From Polyangiales bacterium (GTDB taxonomy: Bacteria; Myxococcota_A; Polyangia; Polyangiales; Ga0077539), in the NCBI GenBank assembly GCA_046351535.1, contig JAXLYG010000005.1, positions 293,334 through 357,333 on the forward strand: DNA of 64,000 nt, in the 5' to 3' direction. Position 1 is the stretch's first letter. Each line of letters begins with the position of its first letter. The notes under the pieces are model-generated. The model searched no databases, was not told the origin of the DNA, and was given only the letters and a program-made list of their open reading frames with translations. Made by a program: the position numbers and the translations under genes. Positions 61,403-64,000 of this stretch are shown here, piece after piece.

Positions 61403-64000
61403 ATGACCGCCTGCGTCGGACGGGAGCGCGAGCTCGCCTGGATCACATCGCGACTCGAGTCGACGGGCGCGAGCGGCACCGCGATGGTCGTCGTCACGGG
61501 CACCGCGGGCGTGGGCAAGTCGCGCCTCTGCGACGAGCTCCGCGAGCAGTGCCGCACGGCGGGGTTCACCGTGCTCGAAGGCTGGTGCGTGCGCAACGCC
61601 GCCTACGCGCCCTTCGTCTCCATCGCGGCGCAGGCCCTCGCGTGGCTGCGCGCCCGCTCCGAGCAGGACCAGCTCTCGCCCTCGGACCTCGACGCCCTCG
61701 CGCCCCTCGTGAGCGGACGCTCGATGCGCGGCGCCGACGCGCTCCCGCACGACGACGACGACGAGGCCGCCATCGGCTTCATCGAGGCCGTCTCGCGCAT
61801 GCTCGCCGCCGTCGGACGGCTGCGCCCCGTGCTCGTGCTCCTGCGCGGATGGTCGCGCGCCGACGACGCCTCGCGCTCGCTCGTGCGCTCGCTCCTCGAC
61901 GCCGCGGGACCCCTCGGCGAGCCCACGCCCGGCGCCCCCGCGTCGCTCTTCGTCGCGGGCGTTCGGAGCACCGAGCTCGGCGACCAGCTCGACCATCCGC
62001 GCACCGAGAAGCTCGAGCTCGAAGGGCTCTCCGTCGACGGCGTGCGGCGCATCCTCGCCGACGAGACCGTGGTCGGGCGCCTCCACGCCGCCACGTCGGG
62101 CAACCCCGAGGCGCTCCTCGCGACGCTCGCGAGGCTCCCGCCGCCGCGCGAGGCCGACATCGCGGAGCGCCTCGACGAGCTCGGCGACCTCCCGAGGCGG
62201 CTCGTGGCCGTGCTCGCGGCGGCCGACCGACCGCTCCCCACGCACGTGCTCGGCGCGGCGCTCGACCTCGACGCGCAGTCGGTCACGCGCGCGATCCCTT
62301 CGCTCACGGGGCCCGGCGTCGCGTGGCGCGCGCTCGACGCGACCGTGGGCGACGTGGTGATCGGCCTCGCCCGTCACGACGACGGCGTCACGGCCCTCGC
62401 GCGGCTCTCGCCCGAGGAGCGAAGGAGCCTCCACGCGGCGCTCGGCGCGGCCCTCGACGCGTGGGGCAGGGCCTCGCCCGAAGAGGTGCTGCGCCATCGG
62501 CTCGAAGGCCATCCCACGCCCGAGGCCGCCGACGACACCGCGAAGGTCGCCCGCGCGCTGCTTCGTCGACACGCGCCCGCGTCGGCGCTCGCGCTCGCCC
62601 GCGAGGCCGCGCCCCACGCCGCGCCCGCGACGTTGCGCGCGCTGGCCCGCATCGCGTCGAGCGCCGCGCGCGCGATCGGAGCGCCCGCGGAGGCCCGTCA
62701 GGTCGTCGCCACGGCGAGCCTCGCGCTGCCCGACGACCCCGAGCTCGCGCGCCTCGACGCGACGCTGTGCCTCGCGCTCGGTGACTGGAGCGAGACGGCG
62801 TCTGCGCTCGACCGCGCCGACGGGCTCACGCGCGACGAAGATCATCCCCAGCGCGCGGCCAACGCGGCGACGCGCGCCGAGCTCTCGTATCAGCGCGGGA
62901 TGCTCGACGAGACCGAGCGCCTCGCGCGCCTCGCGATCGAGCTCGCGGTCGACGACAGCCCCGTGGTGACGCAGGCGCGCAACACGCTCACGAAGGTCTT
63001 TCTCGCGCGTCGCGACCTCGACCGCGGCTGGGAGTGGTCGCGCGAGAGCCTCGAGCGCGCGCGGGCGAGGGGGGCGAGCACCGAGATCCTGCGCGGGCTC
63101 ATCAACCTCGGCGTGGTGGCGATCTGGCGTGGTGATCTCGACGAGGCGGTGCGTCAGCTCGGCGCGGCGCGCGCGGTGGCCGAGCACGGCGGGTCGATGA
63201 TGCTCCGCGGCGTGCTGCGCGAGAACGAGGCCGTGGTGGCGCACCTCCAGGGCCGCTTCGGCGACGCGCTCCAGTGCTACCAGGAGGCCCTCGGGATCCT
63301 CACGCGCGTCGGCAATCGGCGCTTCCTCGCGCGCGTGGCGAACAACCTCGGCGAGCTCTACGTGCACGTGGGCGAGGTGGCGCGCGCGCGTCGTCTCTGC
63401 GAGTACGCGGTGCAGGTCGCGCGAGGGCTCACGGGGCAGCTCGCGGCCGAGGGGTTGATGCTCCGCGCGCAGGTCGAGGTGGCCGACGCGCGCACCGAGG
63501 CGGCCCGCGCCGCGCTCACGCAGGCCCTCGCGATCTACGTCGCCACGGGAGACACCGAGCGTCAGTCGAACGCGCGGCTCCTCCTGGCGCGCGCGGCGCT
63601 GGTCGACGGAGACCTCCCGCGCGCGGCGACGGAGCTCGCGCAGGTGCTCGACGACGAGTCGGTGTCCGCGAGGCTCCGCGCCGAGCGCGCGCTGGCCGAG
63701 GCCGAGCTCGCGCGCAGCCGCGGCGTCGACGCGTTCTCGCACGCGCGCAAGGCCCTCGAACTCGCCGAGCAGATGAACGACCTCGACCTGCGCTTTCACG
63801 CGCACGTCGCCGTCGCACTCAGCCTCGCGGAGCGCGGCGACGCGCCCGCCGCGAAGCGCCACGCGGAGCTCGCCGAGGCGCTTCGAACGGAGCTCCTCTC
63901 GCGCGTGCCCGAGGGGCTGCGCGTGTCGTACGGCGCGCAGCTCGCGCGCTCAGGCATCAGCCAGCTCGGCGCGCGCCTCGAGGTGCTGGTCACGGGAGCC
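61403..64000 (+). CDS. STAND/AAA-type NTPase with C-terminal TPR-like repeats (3' end outside window)
   Basis: Absent from the ORF track because no stop falls in the window. Frame 2 reads MTACVGRERELAWITSRLESTGASGTAMVVVTGTAGVGKSRL (Walker A) and continues coherently to the end of the window with TPR-like helices. Confidence 0.6.
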   Translation, partial: MTACVGRERELAWITSRLESTGASGTAMVVVTGTAGVGKSRLCDELREQCRTAGFTVLEGWCVRNAAYAPFVSIAAQALAWLRARSEQDQLSPSDLDALAPLVSGRSMRGADALPHDDDDEAAIGFIEAVSRMLAAVGRLRPVLVLLRGWSRADDASRSLVRSLLDAAGPLGEPTPGAPASLFVAGVRSTELGDQLDHPRTEKLELEGLSVDGVRRILADETVVGRLHAATSGNPEALLATLARLPPPREADIAERLDELGDLPRRLVAVLAAADRPLPTHVLGAALDLDAQSVTRAIPSLTGPGVAWRALDATVGDVVIGLARHDDGVTALARLSPEERRSLHAALGAALDAWGRASPEEVLRHRLEGHPTPEAADDTAKVARALLRRHAPASALALAREAAPHAAPATLRALARIASSAARAIGAPAEARQVVATASLALPDDPELARLDATLCLALGDWSETASALDRADGLTRDEDHPQRAANAATRAELSYQRGMLDETERLARLAIELAVDDSPVVTQARNTLTKVFLARRDLDRGWEWSRESLERARARGASTEILRGLINLGVVAIWRGDLDEAVRQLGAARAVAEHGGSMMLRGVLRENEAVVAHLQGRFGDALQCYQEALGILTRVGNRRFLARVANNLGELYVHVGEVARARRLCEYAVQVARGLTGQLAAEGLMLRAQVEVADARTEAARAALTQALAIYVATGDTERQSNARLLLARAALVDGDLPRAATELAQVLDDESVSARLRAERALAEAELARSRGVDAFSHARKALELAEQMNDLDLRFHAHVAVALSLAERGDAPAAKRHAELAEALRTELLSRVPEGLRVSYGAQLARSGISQLGARLEVLVTGA

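Noticed and set aside
1-64000. tRNA/rRNA genes, integrases, transposases, phage or toxin-antitoxin modules
   Set aside because: No intergenic segment shows a cloverleaf-compatible arrangement or rRNA-like conservation, and no recombinase or transposase motifs were seen in any frame I examined. Absence is by eye only.

Overview
The window is very GC-rich (about 72-74%) and gene-dense, and is most consistent with a Myxococcota (Anaeromyxobacter-like) chromosome. The taxonomic call rests on two things seen here: two proteins built from myxobacterial-type Cys-rich tandem repeats, and an extreme density of c-type cytochromes. No rRNA, tRNA, CRISPR array, integrase or transposase could be supported. 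Many of the long ORFs in the six-frame track are Arg/Ala-rich antisense artefacts of the high GC content and are not reported.

The main result is a roughly 18.8 kb supercluster of multiheme cytochrome c genes at 30753-49579. In total it carries about 92 CxxCH-type heme sites in seven cytochromes; these counts come from motif counting by eye.

- A monocistronic-looking pair: a decaheme lipoprotein cytochrome followed by a parvulin PPIase.
- A 14.7 kb operon of 13 tightly coupled genes with GTGA/ATGA start-stop overlaps. It encodes a decaheme lipoprotein cytochrome with a collagen-like Gly-X-Y N-terminus; NrfB-like tetraheme, NrfC-like 4x[4Fe-4S] (Tat-exported) and NrfD-like membrane subunits; a lipoprotein; a 13-heme Geobacter-type cytochrome with CX3CH/CX4CH sites; a putative outer-membrane beta-barrel; a second 13-heme lipoprotein cytochrome; a Rieske protein; cytochrome b; a 9-heme membrane-anchored cytochrome; a roughly 33-heme cytochrome; and a small protein.
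- The architecture resembles a porin-cytochrome extracellular electron transfer conduit fused to two different quinol-oxidising modules, NrfCD-type and Rieske/cytochrome b. I believe this exact combination is undescribed, but I cannot search databases to confirm that.

Other content:
- Translation and housekeeping: a 5'-truncated EF-G paralog, SmpB, TatD, cytidine deaminase.
- Signalling: a three-gene operon of REC-HTH regulator, hybrid histidine kinase and REC-GGDEF regulator.
- Transport and modification: an OPT transporter / cytochrome P450 / esterase operon.
- Enzymes and small families: asparaginase, an SDR epimerase, a Baeyer-Villiger-type flavin monooxygenase, a quinone oxidoreductase, pirin, YaeQ, NRDE, two GNATs.
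- Secreted and repeat proteins: a VWA lipoprotein, an NHL lipoprotein, a roughly 1115-aa Cys-rich repeat protein, and a 3'-truncated STAND-NTPase/TPR gene that is absent from the ORF track because it runs off the window.

Three non-coding repeat structures are notable: a roughly 870 bp complex palindrome carrying 25-bp tandem repeats and a duplicated gene 3' end (1981-2848); a degenerate 44-bp tandem array (3331-3520); and a perfect roughly 105-bp inverted repeat flanking 24-bp tandem repeats, placed exactly between two convergent stop codons (24584-24998). An apparent +1 frameshift splits a Pro-rich membrane protein gene at 53396-54017.
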